11,216 nt of DNA, from UHGV virus genome UHGV-0117802, one strand, 5' to 3'. This document shows, one piece after another, positions 1 to 8,140 of the stretch. The notes below the pieces were generated by a model, which saw only the letters and a list, made by a program, of their open reading frames with translations, did no database searches and was not told where the DNA came from. Numbering within the stretch: position 1 is the first letter of the stretch; the number at the start of each line of letters is the position of its first letter. The DNA is from a virus. Both the position numbers and the translations under genes were made by a program.

Positions 1-159
1 ATGGGGATTATGCCTAATAATGTTGGAGGGTTTGGGGATGTGGAGAAGGCCAGCCGGGTATTTGTTCGGAATGAACTGATGCCACTTCAGAAGAAGTTAC
101 AAGATCTCAACTATTGGATCAATGAAGAAGCAATAACTTTCGAACACTATAAACTATAA
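1..159 (+). CDS. 3' end of a truncated CDS (52 codons, ...ITFEHYKL*); possibly the portal gene C-terminus by synteny
   Basis: Frame 1 is open from the window edge to TAA at 157-159. It is convergent with the 211..1608 gene. In P2/186 the gene ending next to cos is the portal gene, but 52 residues are not enough to confirm identity; an open frame of this length has a non-trivial chance probability. Confidence 0.3.
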   Translation: MGIMPNNVGGFGDVEKASRVFVRNELMPLQKKLQDLNYWINEEAITFEHYKL

Positions 160-182
160 TTTAAAAATCATTACCTATGAAA

Positions 183-207
183 AAAGGTGGAGACAACCTC
201 CACCTTT
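183..207 (-). terminator. Hairpin between convergent genes; intrinsic terminator for the 211..1608 gene
   Basis: Perfect 10-bp inverted repeat AAAGGTGGAG (183-192) / CTCCACCTTT (198-207) with a 5-nt loop. On the minus strand the stem runs into a T6 tract, starting 4 nt after the stop of the 465-aa gene. It may also serve the plus-strand gene ending at 159. Confidence 0.45.
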
Positions 208-210
208 AAC

Positions 211-1608
211 TTAAGCTTTAATATATTTAAATTTGAAAGGATTCGCGTTAGGATCTAATGGTTTTATTACGCCCTCCTCCCTTAACTTTTGCAATGCCTT
301 TTTAACCTTTTGAAGGTCATCTTCGCCACTTAATTGTCTAACCAACTTATTTGTGAGCTGTCCCGTTGGATTTTCTTTAAAATAATTAATAATCACATCC
401 TCAATTGAGGCTATTGTTTGATGCTTAACTATTACAACAAAATTATTGCCCCTTTCTTCAAATACCGGGGCTACCAACCCGGCCTTACGCAATTCATTTT
501 TTGCAGTATCAAGCCCCTCACCAATATCATGGTTCACTGGATTGGGAAGTTTATGCAACAAACGCACTAAATTTGGATTACGAGAAAACCGCTCTTCATA
601 TAAATTATTAATAGTCATGTATCCAGGCAATCTGCCTGGACTTTGAACTTCAATCCGGTTGTCATAAACTTTTACGTGCACATCATCCTTTTGGCTGTAA
701 TCTCTATGAATAACAGCATTAACTAATATTTCCTTCAATGCTTCTGCAGGATAGCTAAGTTTTACTAGATTTTCGCCGTCTTTGAATGATGCTCCATCAA
801 CATATTCTTTTACTTTTGCTATTGTATTTAAAATAACCACTTCAAGTGGCCCCTCAATCGTTACAGGATCTTCCTGTAATTGTTCACGTTTGTACTCTGC
901 TTCAGTTGTTCTAAGCCGATATACTTTTACAGCACATCGAGTATCTAAACATCCTTGAGGCTCTTCATCAAATAGTAAAACACAGCCTACATTCGGGACA
1001 AATTCACCATCTTTCTTAGTTAACAGTCGTTGTTTTTTTAAAAAAACTCTCGGTGACTGAGTCGTTCCTATTCTACGTAAATAATCAGAATAATATTCAC
1101 TTTCAAGAATATCTTCTACTTCAACTATATCCACTGCTTTTTTTTCATAAGGTTCTGCGCCTTTAGAATAGGAAAGCTGAGTAATTCGCTCACCTTTTAT
1201 TTTTAATTTTTGCGCGTTAGCTCTTATAAAGCAATCGCCAGAGGCCGTGTAATGAACCTTGGGGCTTTTTGGTATATCCACATGTAAAATCAATCCATTG
1301 GAAGGTGTTCTTAAATATTCCACCTCAACATTCTCAACAGCTGGATTAGTATTTTCCAATAAGGTCGAAATAATAGCATTCGCTTCCTCTGGCTCATTGA
1401 AACCAGATATACGCTCTCTCCCCGAAGCTGCATCCTCTATGCCAATATAAATATTACCGCCATCAGCATTTGCAAATGCTACAAAAGTTTCTTGTAATTT
1501 ATTAGGCGCTATTTGCTTACTTTTAAAATCATTGAAATGATCTTCAGTAGTGTTTAACAACGCCTTAATTTCCTGCGCTGATATATCAATTACTTCATAC
1601 ATCTTCAT
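211..1608 (-). CDS. Schlafen/AlbA_2-like N-terminal domain + HATPase_c_4-like C-terminal domain protein (465 aa), function unknown; AT-rich cargo
   Basis: ATG at 1608 with AAGGA RBS. N-terminal motif ETFVAFANADGGNIYIGIED matches the AlbA_2/Schlafen (divergent AAA) core signature AFAN-x-GG-x-IGV-D. C-terminal EILVNAVIHRDY matches the HATPase_c_4 signature. Base composition is visibly more AT-rich than the phage backbone. Confidence 0.6.
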   Translation of the reverse strand: MKMYEVIDISAQEIKALLNTTEDHFNDFKSKQIAPNKLQETFVAFANADGGNIYIGIEDAASGRERISGFNEPEEANAIISTLLENTNPAVENVEVEYLRTPSNGLILHVDIPKSPKVHYTASGDCFIRANAQKLKIKGERITQLSYSKGAEPYEKKAVDIVEVEDILESEYYSDYLRRIGTTQSPRVFLKKQRLLTKKDGEFVPNVGCVLLFDEEPQGCLDTRCAVKVYRLRTTEAEYKREQLQEDPVTIEGPLEVVILNTIAKVKEYVDGASFKDGENLVKLSYPAEALKEILVNAVIHRDYSQKDDVHVKVYDNRIEVQSPGRLPGYMTINNLYEERFSRNPNLVRLLHKLPNPVNHDIGEGLDTAKNELRKAGLVAPVFEERGNNFVVIVKHQTIASIEDVIINYFKENPTGQLTNKLVRQLSGEDDLQKVKKALQKLREEGVIKPLDPNANPFKFKYIKA

Positions 1609-1689
1609 TTTCCTTTAATATGTAGCTTGCTAAATTTACCATTTTTAATACTTTTATCAAGATGATGGTATAGATTACTCATCCGCGCG

Positions 1690-1708
1690 CTCGTATCCCC
1701 GCCACGCC
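1690..1708 (-). other. Putative cos (cohesive-end) site
   Basis: Minus strand reads GGCGTGGCGGGGATACGAG. The first 13 nt match the 19-nt GC-rich cohesive end of P2/186 as I recall it (P2 GGCGAGGCGGGGAAAGCAC). Its position between the portal side and the tum/A side is as expected. From memory, not searched. Confidence 0.4.
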
Positions 1709-1730
1709 TGCCCGCTTTATGTAGTGGTTT

Positions 1731-1832
1731 TCATGCAGGTGCATAATCTACGCAAAAGCCCGCCAGTTCTGGCGGGCCTTAGCAAAAACGATCCTCAAAC
1801 GATCATGCAATCTCATGCAGCATAGACATGCA
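1731..1832. repeat. Iterated CATGCA motifs next to the putative cos
   Basis: CATGCA occurs at 1732, 1804, 1814 and 1827. The 8-mer TCATGCAG is repeated at 1731-1738 and 1813-1820. ATGCA-GG-TGCAT inverted repeat at 1733-1744. Confidence 0.5.
1754..1777 (-). terminator. GC-rich hairpin with T-run on the minus strand
   Basis: Stem GCCCGCCA (1758-1765) / TGGCGGGC (1770-1777), loop GTTC. On the minus strand it is followed by TTTT (plus 1754-1757 AAAA). It would insulate the 465-aa cargo gene from leftward read-through. Confidence 0.35.
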
Positions 1833-2050
1833 CAGACGAGTAAAGCGAATCGGACTTTACGCAAGGTGAACTCCTCAGCGGGCATAATCAGTATGTCGGA
1901 AGATCTCTAAAAATGAATAATTCGGTTAACAGGTATGCTTACAAAAGCATATATTTGATTAAAAATCATGTAAGGGGGAGGATCTCAAACTGAATCGCCA
2001 CGGGTTTTACAAACTTCGATAGTCTCTCTAACGTTTCGGCTGAGGTCAAA

Positions 2051-2476
2051 ATGAAAAGCTTTTACGTATTAATTTTAATTCTGGTTGCAAGCTTTGTTAG
2101 CGTCCCAGTTCAGGCGGTAACAGCTAAAAACTATGAGAAAGGAACTAAAGCTCAACAGAAATCAATATCTTACCTTTCATGTGCATTCTATGGCAGTAGC
2201 ACACAATTAGATCCTAGCTACACGGAGCAAGTACCTACAGCCGATATCAAGATATTACAGAAAGCAGCTTACCACGCTTACAACGATGCGCTCTCATACT
2301 TTGGCTATGAGGAACCAGATCACGAACAACGCATAATTGATTATGCTGAATTTGTGGCGTCGCAAGAAGCTGTGTTATGGGATAAGCCGGGAATGAATGG
2401 AAAGCAGGTAACACTAATTGCTCGTTCTCTCTACAATGAGAGTAACTGTAACTTGTTACTGGACTCAATTAAGTAG
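2051..2476 (+). CDS. Small secreted protein of unknown function (141 aa) with N-terminal signal peptide
   Basis: ATG at 2051 with GAGG RBS 5 nt upstream. N-terminus MKSFYVLILILVASFVSVPVQA has a positively charged n-region, hydrophobic core and AxA-type cleavage context. It is on the opposite strand to all neighbouring phage genes. No recognisable enzyme motif. Confidence 0.55.
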   Translation: MKSFYVLILILVASFVSVPVQAVTAKNYEKGTKAQQKSISYLSCAFYGSSTQLDPSYTEQVPTADIKILQKAAYHAYNDALSYFGYEEPDHEQRIIDYAEFVASQEAVLWDKPGMNGKQVTLIARSLYNESNCNLLLDSIK

Positions 2477-2635
2477 GAAAAAGATGGTATTTTGCCCGTA
2501 GTTTCAACCTTAATCTCCAAACCTGTCGCAGAACGGGCGTTCACTCATCAAATAAACGCCACACCTAACGCCTCACTGTACTCGTTGTTCAACCTTGCTG
2601 ACGCCAGAAGCAATTTCAGACGCCAGCAACGTTTC

Positions 2636-2869
2636 TTAATGCAGCCAGCTGTCGTCTTCCCACACCTTCTGCATAATTTTCATCACTTGTTTTCTTTCTT
2701 CGTCCAGTTGCAGTCCGGTCAGTTCCACACCGTTAGAGCTACCTTTGCGGATACGAATTACCGTTTTGGGATACAGGGGGCGCAGATTGCGGTAAAGCTC
2801 GGATTCAAGGGCGTCCAGTGTAGACTGGCTAATCTTCTGCTCTTTATCGATCATTATTTCAATGCGCAT
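2636..2869 (-). CDS. DinI-like protein (77 aa from ATG 2869); probable C-terminal part of a Tum-like antirepressor
   Basis: MRIEIMIDKEQ...ALESELYRNLRPLYP...VMKIMQKVWEDDSW aligns by eye with E. coli DinI (MRIEVTIAK...WESADDW). GAGGTGA RBS 5 nt before ATG 2869. The reading frame is also open upstream to 2941. Confidence 0.6.
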   Translation of the reverse strand: MRIEIMIDKEQKISQSTLDALESELYRNLRPLYPKTVIRIRKGSSNGVELTGLQLDEERKQVMKIMQKVWEDDSWLH

Positions 2870-2879
2870 AAAAGTCACC

Positions 2880-3068
2880 TCAGCTGATGACATCCATTGA
2901 GCGGTTGTATTCGTGGGTTCTGATTTTTGCCATGAGTTCATCTGTCAGTTCAGAAACCCACTGCAGGGCCAGCCCCTTCTCTTCATCACTACACTCACTA
3001 GCCGCTACAAGCTTAAGAAAAAAATCAATGCGCTGGAGCTTCAAAGACTCCAAAAAATAGTCCTGCAT
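2880..3068 (-). CDS. Small SOS-controlled protein (62 aa); probable N-terminal part of a Tum-like antirepressor
   Basis: ATG at 3068 with GGAGG RBS. A LexA box lies 43-58 bp upstream. It overlaps the DinI-like frame over 2883-2941 in a different frame. The position (after gene A, next to cos) is that of 186 tum. Confidence 0.45.
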   Translation of the reverse strand: MQDYFLESLKLQRIDFFLKLVAASECSDEEKGLALQWVSELTDELMAKIRTHEYNRSMDVIS

Positions 3069-3110
3069 CTTTCCTCCTATGACACCAAATCAATACTGTA
3101 TACATAACCA

Positions 3111-3126
3111 CTGTTTATATTTACAG
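3111..3126 (-). promoter_or_regulatory. LexA (SOS) box CTGTTTATATTTACAG upstream of the tum-like operon
   Basis: Exact CTGT-N8-ACAG with an all-A/T spacer. A weaker half-site CTGTATAC lies at 3096-3103. On the minus strand a TATACT -10-like hexamer abuts the box. Confidence 0.55.
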
Positions 3127-3220
3127 TATATAATAATCTTACTGATGTAAAACGTTTTTTTACGTTCATCGGCCTGATATGCCTGGTATTATTAAGAGCA
3201 CGAATTGTTAACCCGCGTAA

Positions 3221-5593
3221 TTAATACAGGTTCCGCCACTTATCATCTTCCTTCAGACGCTGGTTCCGATAGAAGATACGCAGGCCTGCTCCTGACGGAA
3301 TACTGCCGCCGCGAAGGAGCAAATCGACTTCTTTCTCGCTGCCATCAAATCCCCTGGACTTCAGTTCATAGACGAGCTGCTGTCGCTGATGGTCTGTAAT
3401 TCGCTGTTTGTAGTCTTTACGCCGTTTCGGTTTCACCTGGCGTAACCTTGCAGCCAGTTCCCGGCGCTCTTTTTTGCTCATACTGTGCAGGTAATCGTGC
3501 AACTCCTTGTCATTCATACGGGTAATATCCGTTCTGGAGTCCCCATCAGCTGATTTGTCTTTCCCTTGTTGGTTCAAATTTTCAGCAAGGGGACAGTTAT
3601 TGCCACGAGTCCAAGGGGCGCAAGCGCCCTGGTCGGCTGCCGCCTCCTGAACATCAACGGCCTTACGAACCATTTTCCACTTCACGGCATGAGTGCAGAT
3701 CTTGCCCTCTGCAATAGGTGACCAGATGCCATAAATACGAATGCCGTGATCGCCATAGGCGGTCGGCTCTTCGTTGATTTCATAAGCGGTTCTGATGAGG
3801 TGATATTTGCGGGGAACCAGTACGCCGCCCTGCTTCATGATGTAGGTGGCAAAACAACCAGCATCAGCAGCAGCCAGGATGGCATCAAGGCGCGGGTTAT
3901 CCAGTACCGGCGCACCTGCTTTTTTGTCCCCCTGTTGCCTTGCCGCCTGACCAGCCAGCAATCGCAGTTCACGGTAAGCCTGACGCCCCGGAATGCCAAA
4001 GAAGCGGAATTGCTGAACACGATGCAGAGACGCCCAGGCATTAACGTATTCAGCATTATCACGCAGGGATTTCCCCGTTTCCTTGCTGATCTCGCCAGCC
4101 AGACCACGCCCGTCAATGTTCTTACTGATGTATTTCGCGATGTAGCTTGTTGGCGTACCTTTGCGCGGGTTAATCAACTCAGACTTAAAGCGCGGCCCAG
4201 TGTTATTGCCCAGTTCCTCACGGTCTTCACGGATGGCAAACTTACGCAGTAATGCAGTGATGGCGCGGCGGTCTTTTTTGCGCATAAAACACAACAGGTG
4301 CCAGTGAACTGTACCGTCATGATGCGGCTCAGCCACCCGCACGCCATACCACCGCAATCCGGCTTTGTGCATCGCCTTACGAAATGCAGCAAACATGCCG
4401 ACTAGATAATCACTGCTTTGTCTTACCGTCGCATTTGTCCAAGTTGGGTTGGGCCTGCCATTATTTAGCGTGGAATGGAAACGTGACGGACAGGTGATGG
4501 TGTAGAAAACGGCGCAGTCACCGCGCATTTCCGCGATAAGCTCCAGGCCTTTAACACAGGCCATCATCTCATTGCGGCGATGCGCAGGGTTGCTGCTGCT
4601 GGCGTTTACCACATCCTCCATGTCCAGCGTGTCGCCGTCTTCGTTCACCAGTTCATGAGAACGAAAAAACTCCAGCGACTTACGGCGCTGCTCACGTTTA
4701 TGCATCACGGCTTCATAGCTGACATAGGGAGATGCTTTTTTGCTGACCAGGCAGACAGCACGCAACTGCTCTTCCCGCCATTCGCAACGCATCTTCCATA
4801 ATTTCCGGTACCACCAGTCAGCGCACAACATACGCGCCAGCGAACCCGGAATGAGTTCATAGGGCACGGGTTTACGGCGGTTTCTTTTCCGGCGGAGTTG
4901 CTCAAACGCAGGCGGGATGACATCCAGACGCAGGGTTTCCGCTGCCACCTTTTCCCATGTCTTGCGGATTTCTTCTGGCTTAACGTCATCGGTGACATAC
5001 AAATCGCCACAAGCTGCATCAAGGCACATGCTCATATGCGCAGCTACCAGGGTGGACAGGCGTTTCACCTGATCCTGACTCATTTCAGGCAGGATCAGCA
5101 GGCCGTCCAGCCCTTCATGGCTTGCCATAAAGCGAAAAGAAGTGGATAGCTGACAGTCGCGTACATGCTCCAGCCGTTCCAGACATGGCTTAATCGTCTC
5201 ACGCAAATAGCGGGAATAAGCCTTTGGCCTGCCCAGGCTGCTGAAGTATTCAATACGTTGCATCAGTGGCTTGCTGATATGGGAAGGCTGGGCATTGACG
5301 TCCGCCAGAATGACCATATCTGGATTAAAACGCTGCTGCTCATGCGCCAGCTTTGCCCGACTAATGAGCTTATCCTGCTCCATTTCGCGCTGGACAGGAT
5401 CACGGGATTCATTAAAGAAATAACGCTCCCAGACCTGATCACTCAGTGCCTCGCGGCGCAGCTGTTCCTGCTCGTTATCGGCAGCGTACAGAGCGATCAG
5501 GTTTGAAAGCGCAGAAACTGAAGATTGCTCTTCTGTCTCTACGTAAGGATTGATTGCTTTTTTCTCAGCATTCCAGGAATAGCTGTAGTTCAT
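3221..5593 (-). CDS. A: Replication initiation protein A (P2 gpA / 186 A family rolling-circle HUH endonuclease), about 790 aa
   Basis: HUH motif in [10 protein letters not shown] and the two-tyrosine motif YIAKYISK, typical of P2 A / phiX174 A type Rep proteins. Size and position in the early operon fit. The track start at 5644 is TTG; ATG at 5593 overlaps the upstream stop as TAATG and has a GGAG upstream. Confidence 0.85.
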   Translation of the reverse strand: MNYSYSWNAEKKAINPYVETEEQSSVSALSNLIALYAADNEQEQLRREALSDQVWERYFFNESRDPVQREMEQDKLISRAKLAHEQQRFNPDMVILADVNAQPSHISKPLMQRIEYFSSLGRPKAYSRYLRETIKPCLERLEHVRDCQLSTSFRFMASHEGLDGLLILPEMSQDQVKRLSTLVAAHMSMCLDAACGDLYVTDDVKPEEIRKTWEKVAAETLRLDVIPPAFEQLRRKRNRRKPVPYELIPGSLARMLCADWWYRKLWKMRCEWREEQLRAVCLVSKKASPYVSYEAVMHKREQRRKSLEFFRSHELVNEDGDTLDMEDVVNASSSNPAHRRNEMMACVKGLELIAEMRGDCAVFYTITCPSRFHSTLNNGRPNPTWTNATVRQSSDYLVGMFAAFRKAMHKAGLRWYGVRVAEPHHDGTVHWHLLCFMRKKDRRAITALLRKFAIREDREELGNNTGPRFKSELINPRKGTPTSYIAKYISKNIDGRGLAGEISKETGKSLRDNAEYVNAWASLHRVQQFRFFGIPGRQAYRELRLLAGQAARQQGDKKAGAPVLDNPRLDAILAAADAGCFATYIMKQGGVLVPRKYHLIRTAYEINEEPTAYGDHGIRIYGIWSPIAEGKICTHAVKWKMVRKAVDVQEAAADQGACAPWTRGNNCPLAENLNQQGKDKSADGDSRTDITRMNDKELHDYLHSMSKKERRELAARLRQVKPKRRKDYKQRITDHQRQQLVYELKSRGFDGSEKEVDLLLRGGSIPSGAGLRIFYRNQRLKEDDKWRNLY

Positions 5594-6423
5594 TACGCAA
5601 TCTCCAGTTCGAGCTGTGAAGGCTGCAAACCATTCGACAGCCAATCAGAAACTGAAGGTGGGCGAACAGCTTCAATTGCACCTTTTAAAATTGCGCAACG
5701 GTTTTTCAGAATGACAGCTTTCAGCTCCTTTTCCGTCAGATTGCGCGAATACTCAGCCTCCTGAATAGCCCGCGTCAGCTCAGGATATTTGCTATTAAAT
5801 TTGGGGACATTGCAGGCAAGATTTGTACTGTCGGCAGTCGCCAGTGGGTAATTTCCCAACACACGACCGTCAAGCATGCGCAAACCATGAACAGCTGTTT
5901 TGAAATTGTGTCGGCAATAAATTGCTTCAAAAGCGTCCTGCATACGACGATGCCAGTGCGCAGTTCTGATAGCCGCATATTCACCAGACGATCCAAAGCA
6001 GACACGAGGCCATTCACGACATAGCTCGATAAGCCGATCGATTGACTCGTGCAGATGCCAGACGGGAGTTGCCTTCCCGTAGAACATTTTCGGAACTTCG
6101 TTTATCAGGGCATCATTGTCACGTTCACCTCCGTCCACAACATCAGGAATGACAAAAAAAGCGACCTTAGGATGGTGGTAATAGTTCAGGAGCCATTTAT
6201 AAAAATCACTCCAGTTAATTTTTAGCCCACGCACCCATGCAGAAAATGCGCCGTTATCAATGCCGACGACCTGAGCGTGCTGAATGGACGCCGCAATCTG
6301 ATCTGGTCGTACATAGGAGACGAAAGCGCCAGCTCCGCTCACCGCAATACGATGAACGTCGCCAGCACTTCCCCAGACAGGCGTCCCATGGAAATGATGA
6401 ATTCCGTGGTGCATTTCTTTCAC
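5593..6423 (-). CDS. Unknown 276-aa protein translationally coupled between Dam and gene A; weak TGT/DpdA-like hints only
   Basis: GTG at 6423 overlaps the Dam stop (GTGA) with a GGGGTG RBS 5 nt upstream; ATG at 6414 is an alternative start. The stop overlaps the A start. His-rich N-terminus (HHGIHHFH). IDNGAF and [10 protein letters not shown] loosely resemble the DSGGF and hydrophobic-D motifs of tRNA-guanine transglycosylase-fold enzymes. No zinc-site CxCxxC. Confidence 0.55.
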   Translation of the reverse strand: MKEMHHGIHHFHGTPVWGSAGDVHRIAVSGAGAFVSYVRPDQIAASIQHAQVVGIDNGAFSAWVRGLKINWSDFYKWLLNYYHHPKVAFFVIPDVVDGGERDNDALINEVPKMFYGKATPVWHLHESIDRLIELCREWPRVCFGSSGEYAAIRTAHWHRRMQDAFEAIYCRHNFKTAVHGLRMLDGRVLGNYPLATADSTNLACNVPKFNSKYPELTRAIQEAEYSRNLTEKELKAVILKNRCAILKGAIEAVRPPSVSDWLSNGLQPSQLELEIA

Positions 6424-7274
6424 ACTTGCACCCCGAAAATAACAGTAGAGTCACGTCCCCTACTAAAATCGGCACTAAACCAATTAGCAGATTTAGTGGC
6501 AATCATCTCAGTTGCAAATTTTCCCTCCCCCGCTGTAACGCCGATGCTGCGTTTCGCCCTGATGTAGTGGTGAGTGAAATTACGATAAAGGGACCGGGTC
6601 AAAGACGTGTTACTGTTAGAAACAATGACCGGATGTCCTTCTGATGACCGATGTTCAAGAATGGATGCCAGGTGATACTGATCATCTTCAGTGAAACCAT
6701 CAGTGTGATAGCCGGAAAACGTACCGTCATAAGGCGGATCGCAATACACCACATCCCCCACCTTCAACATCGCCAGCGTTTCATCAAAGCTGGCGCAGAT
6801 AAACGTTGCCCGCTGGGCTTTCTCTGCAAATGCGCGAATTTCTTTTTCAGGGAAATACGGATTTTTATAATTACCGTAGGGAATGTTGAAATGCCCGCTC
6901 TTGTTATAGCGACATAAACCACGGTAACCGTGACGATTGAGATACAGGAAATATACCGCTTTCATGAAATCAGTAATTTCAGTGGAGTAATTAAACTCCT
7001 GCCTTATGTTGTAATAAGCCACCTCCCTGTTTGCTTCCTCAAATAAAGCTCTGGCACGAGATATAAACGCCTCACAATCAGCAGCAACCTTTTTATAGAG
7101 GTTGATTAAATCAGGATTAATATCCGCAACAAGATAGCTGGGGTAATCCGTCTCCATCATCACTGCACAGGAACCCGCGAAAGGTTCAACCAGTCGCGGG
7201 CCAGCAGGAAGATGCTTTTTCAGTTCGGACATTATGGCGGTTTTATTTCCTGCCCATTTCAGGATGGTGCTCAT
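6420..7274 (-). CDS. dam: Dam-family DNA adenine (GATC) N6-methyltransferase
   Basis: [17 protein letters not shown] (FxGxG), [33 protein letters not shown] and VVYCDPPY (DPPY catalytic motif) are near-collinear with E. coli Dam. ATG at 7274 with GGAGGTG RBS; the track start at 7334 is TTG. Confidence 0.88.
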   Translation of the reverse strand: MSTILKWAGNKTAIMSELKKHLPAGPRLVEPFAGSCAVMMETDYPSYLVADINPDLINLYKKVAADCEAFISRARALFEEANREVAYYNIRQEFNYSTEITDFMKAVYFLYLNRHGYRGLCRYNKSGHFNIPYGNYKNPYFPEKEIRAFAEKAQRATFICASFDETLAMLKVGDVVYCDPPYDGTFSGYHTDGFTEDDQYHLASILEHRSSEGHPVIVSNSNTSLTRSLYRNFTHHYIRAKRSIGVTAGEGKFATEMIATKSANWFSADFSRGRDSTVIFGVQV

Positions 7275-7498
7275 ACAGCACCTCCGTTGTAATGTTTGCC
7301 TTTCAGCTCTGCGATTTCCTGACAGGTAATGCAAAGCTGCACACCCGGAATGGCACGGCGGCGTGCTGGCGGAATTGGCGCTTCACACTCAACGCAAAGC
7401 ACGCGGGACACGCCCGGCGTTTTGGCACGGGCAGCACGGATATGGCGTTGGCGTTCTTCTTCAACGCGCTGCTGTACGAGATCCATTGCATCAGCCAT
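7271..7498 (-). CDS. TraR/DksA-family C4 zinc-finger protein (75 aa)
   Basis: CVECEAPIPPARRRAIPGVQLCITC gives a CxxC-N17-CxxC zinc ribbon as in phage/plasmid TraR-like proteins. AGGAG RBS. ATGA overlap with the Dam start. Confidence 0.7.
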   Translation of the reverse strand: MADAMDLVQQRVEEERQRHIRAARAKTPGVSRVLCVECEAPIPPARRRAIPGVQLCITCQEIAELKGKHYNGGAV

Positions 7499-7731
7499 CA
7501 GTGGATCTCCTGCGCTTCGTTCTGGATTGCTTCAGCAGTCACACGCAGCAGTTCTGCCGCTTCGACGTGGTTTAGCTGGCGGGAGGTGATATGACACGCC
7601 AGGCTATCGAGGCGAGCAGCCATTGCTTCAGCCCTTGCCCGGCGTTCTTCCAGACGAGCCTCTGTCAGTAAAAGATTAAGACCTGCATCATCCGGTCCGG
7701 TTTTGGTCGTGAGGGTTTCAATATTACGCAT
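7498..7731 (-). CDS. Small early-operon protein, hypothetical (77 aa from ATG 7731)
   Basis: ATG at 7731 with AGGAG RBS (the track start at 7737 is TTG). Stop overlaps the TraR-like start (TGATG). Charged, helical-looking sequence with no motif I recognise. Confidence 0.5.
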   Translation of the reverse strand: MRNIETLTTKTGPDDAGLNLLLTEARLEERRARAEAMAARLDSLACHITSRQLNHVEAAELLRVTAEAIQNEAQEIH

Positions 7732-7798
7732 AAGCAATTCTCCTGAATTTAGATAAAGGGATGCCCGGCGGGTTTACGCCATTAATTTCATTAGTTGG

Positions 7799-8140
7799 TT
7801 AATTCGGCATGGTTAGCCGTCTGGGAAATAAGCTCACCACTGCACGAAAATGATTCATTGCTTTAATCAACTCCCGCTTTTCGTCAGTGGTCAGCTCATT
7901 AATGCTGATGCTATGACGTTCAGCTGGAATTTTTGCCATAAAGAATATGGCAGCCAGTGCCCGTTTATTTTGTTCATTATTGATATCCCGAGGATCACGC
8001 ATATCTTTAATAAACCGCTCAAGCTCTGACTCAATATTCAAACCAAAAACTTTCGCCCTTAACTCCGCAATATGATTAAGTCCATTCAGGCGTTCACCGG
8101 GTCTTAATGGAACAGTCGCCGCAGCGCCTTCAATAGCCAT
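7799..8140 (-). CDS. Early-operon protein, hypothetical (113 aa), in the positional slot of 186 dhr
   Basis: ATG at 8140 with GGGGGA RBS. Coding-like composition. Assigned only by position after the cII and fil-like genes. Confidence 0.5.
   Translation of the reverse strand: MAIEGAAATVPLRPGERLNGLNHIAELRAKVFGLNIESELERFIKDMRDPRDINNEQNKRALAAIFFMAKIPAERHSISINELTTDEKRELIKAMNHFRAVVSLFPRRLTMPN

Noticed and set aside
2492-2887. 131-aa plus-strand ORF overlapping the DinI-like gene
   Set aside because: It is antisense to a recognisable DinI homolog with a good RBS; no start context; likely a frame artefact.
3746-5506. Plus-strand ORFs of 73-168 aa (3746..4252, 4580..4801, 4898..5149, 5165..5506) inside gene A
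   Set aside because: They are antisense to a well-supported 790-aa replication gene, have no RBS and show low-complexity, Arg/Cys-rich translations typical of the wrong frame.
5593-6423. Firm call of the 276-aa protein as a DpdA/TGT-family 7-deazaguanine transglycosylase
   Set aside because: Only short, loosely matching motifs (DNGAF, hydrophobic-D) are seen by eye and the zinc-binding CxCxxC is absent. It is kept as a hypothesis in the findings, not as an annotation.
6237-6644. Overlapping ORFs (6237..6644, 6257..6502, 6277..6567) at the Dam/X junction
   Set aside because: Alternative frames inside two well-supported coupled genes; Arg/Ser-rich translations; no RBS.
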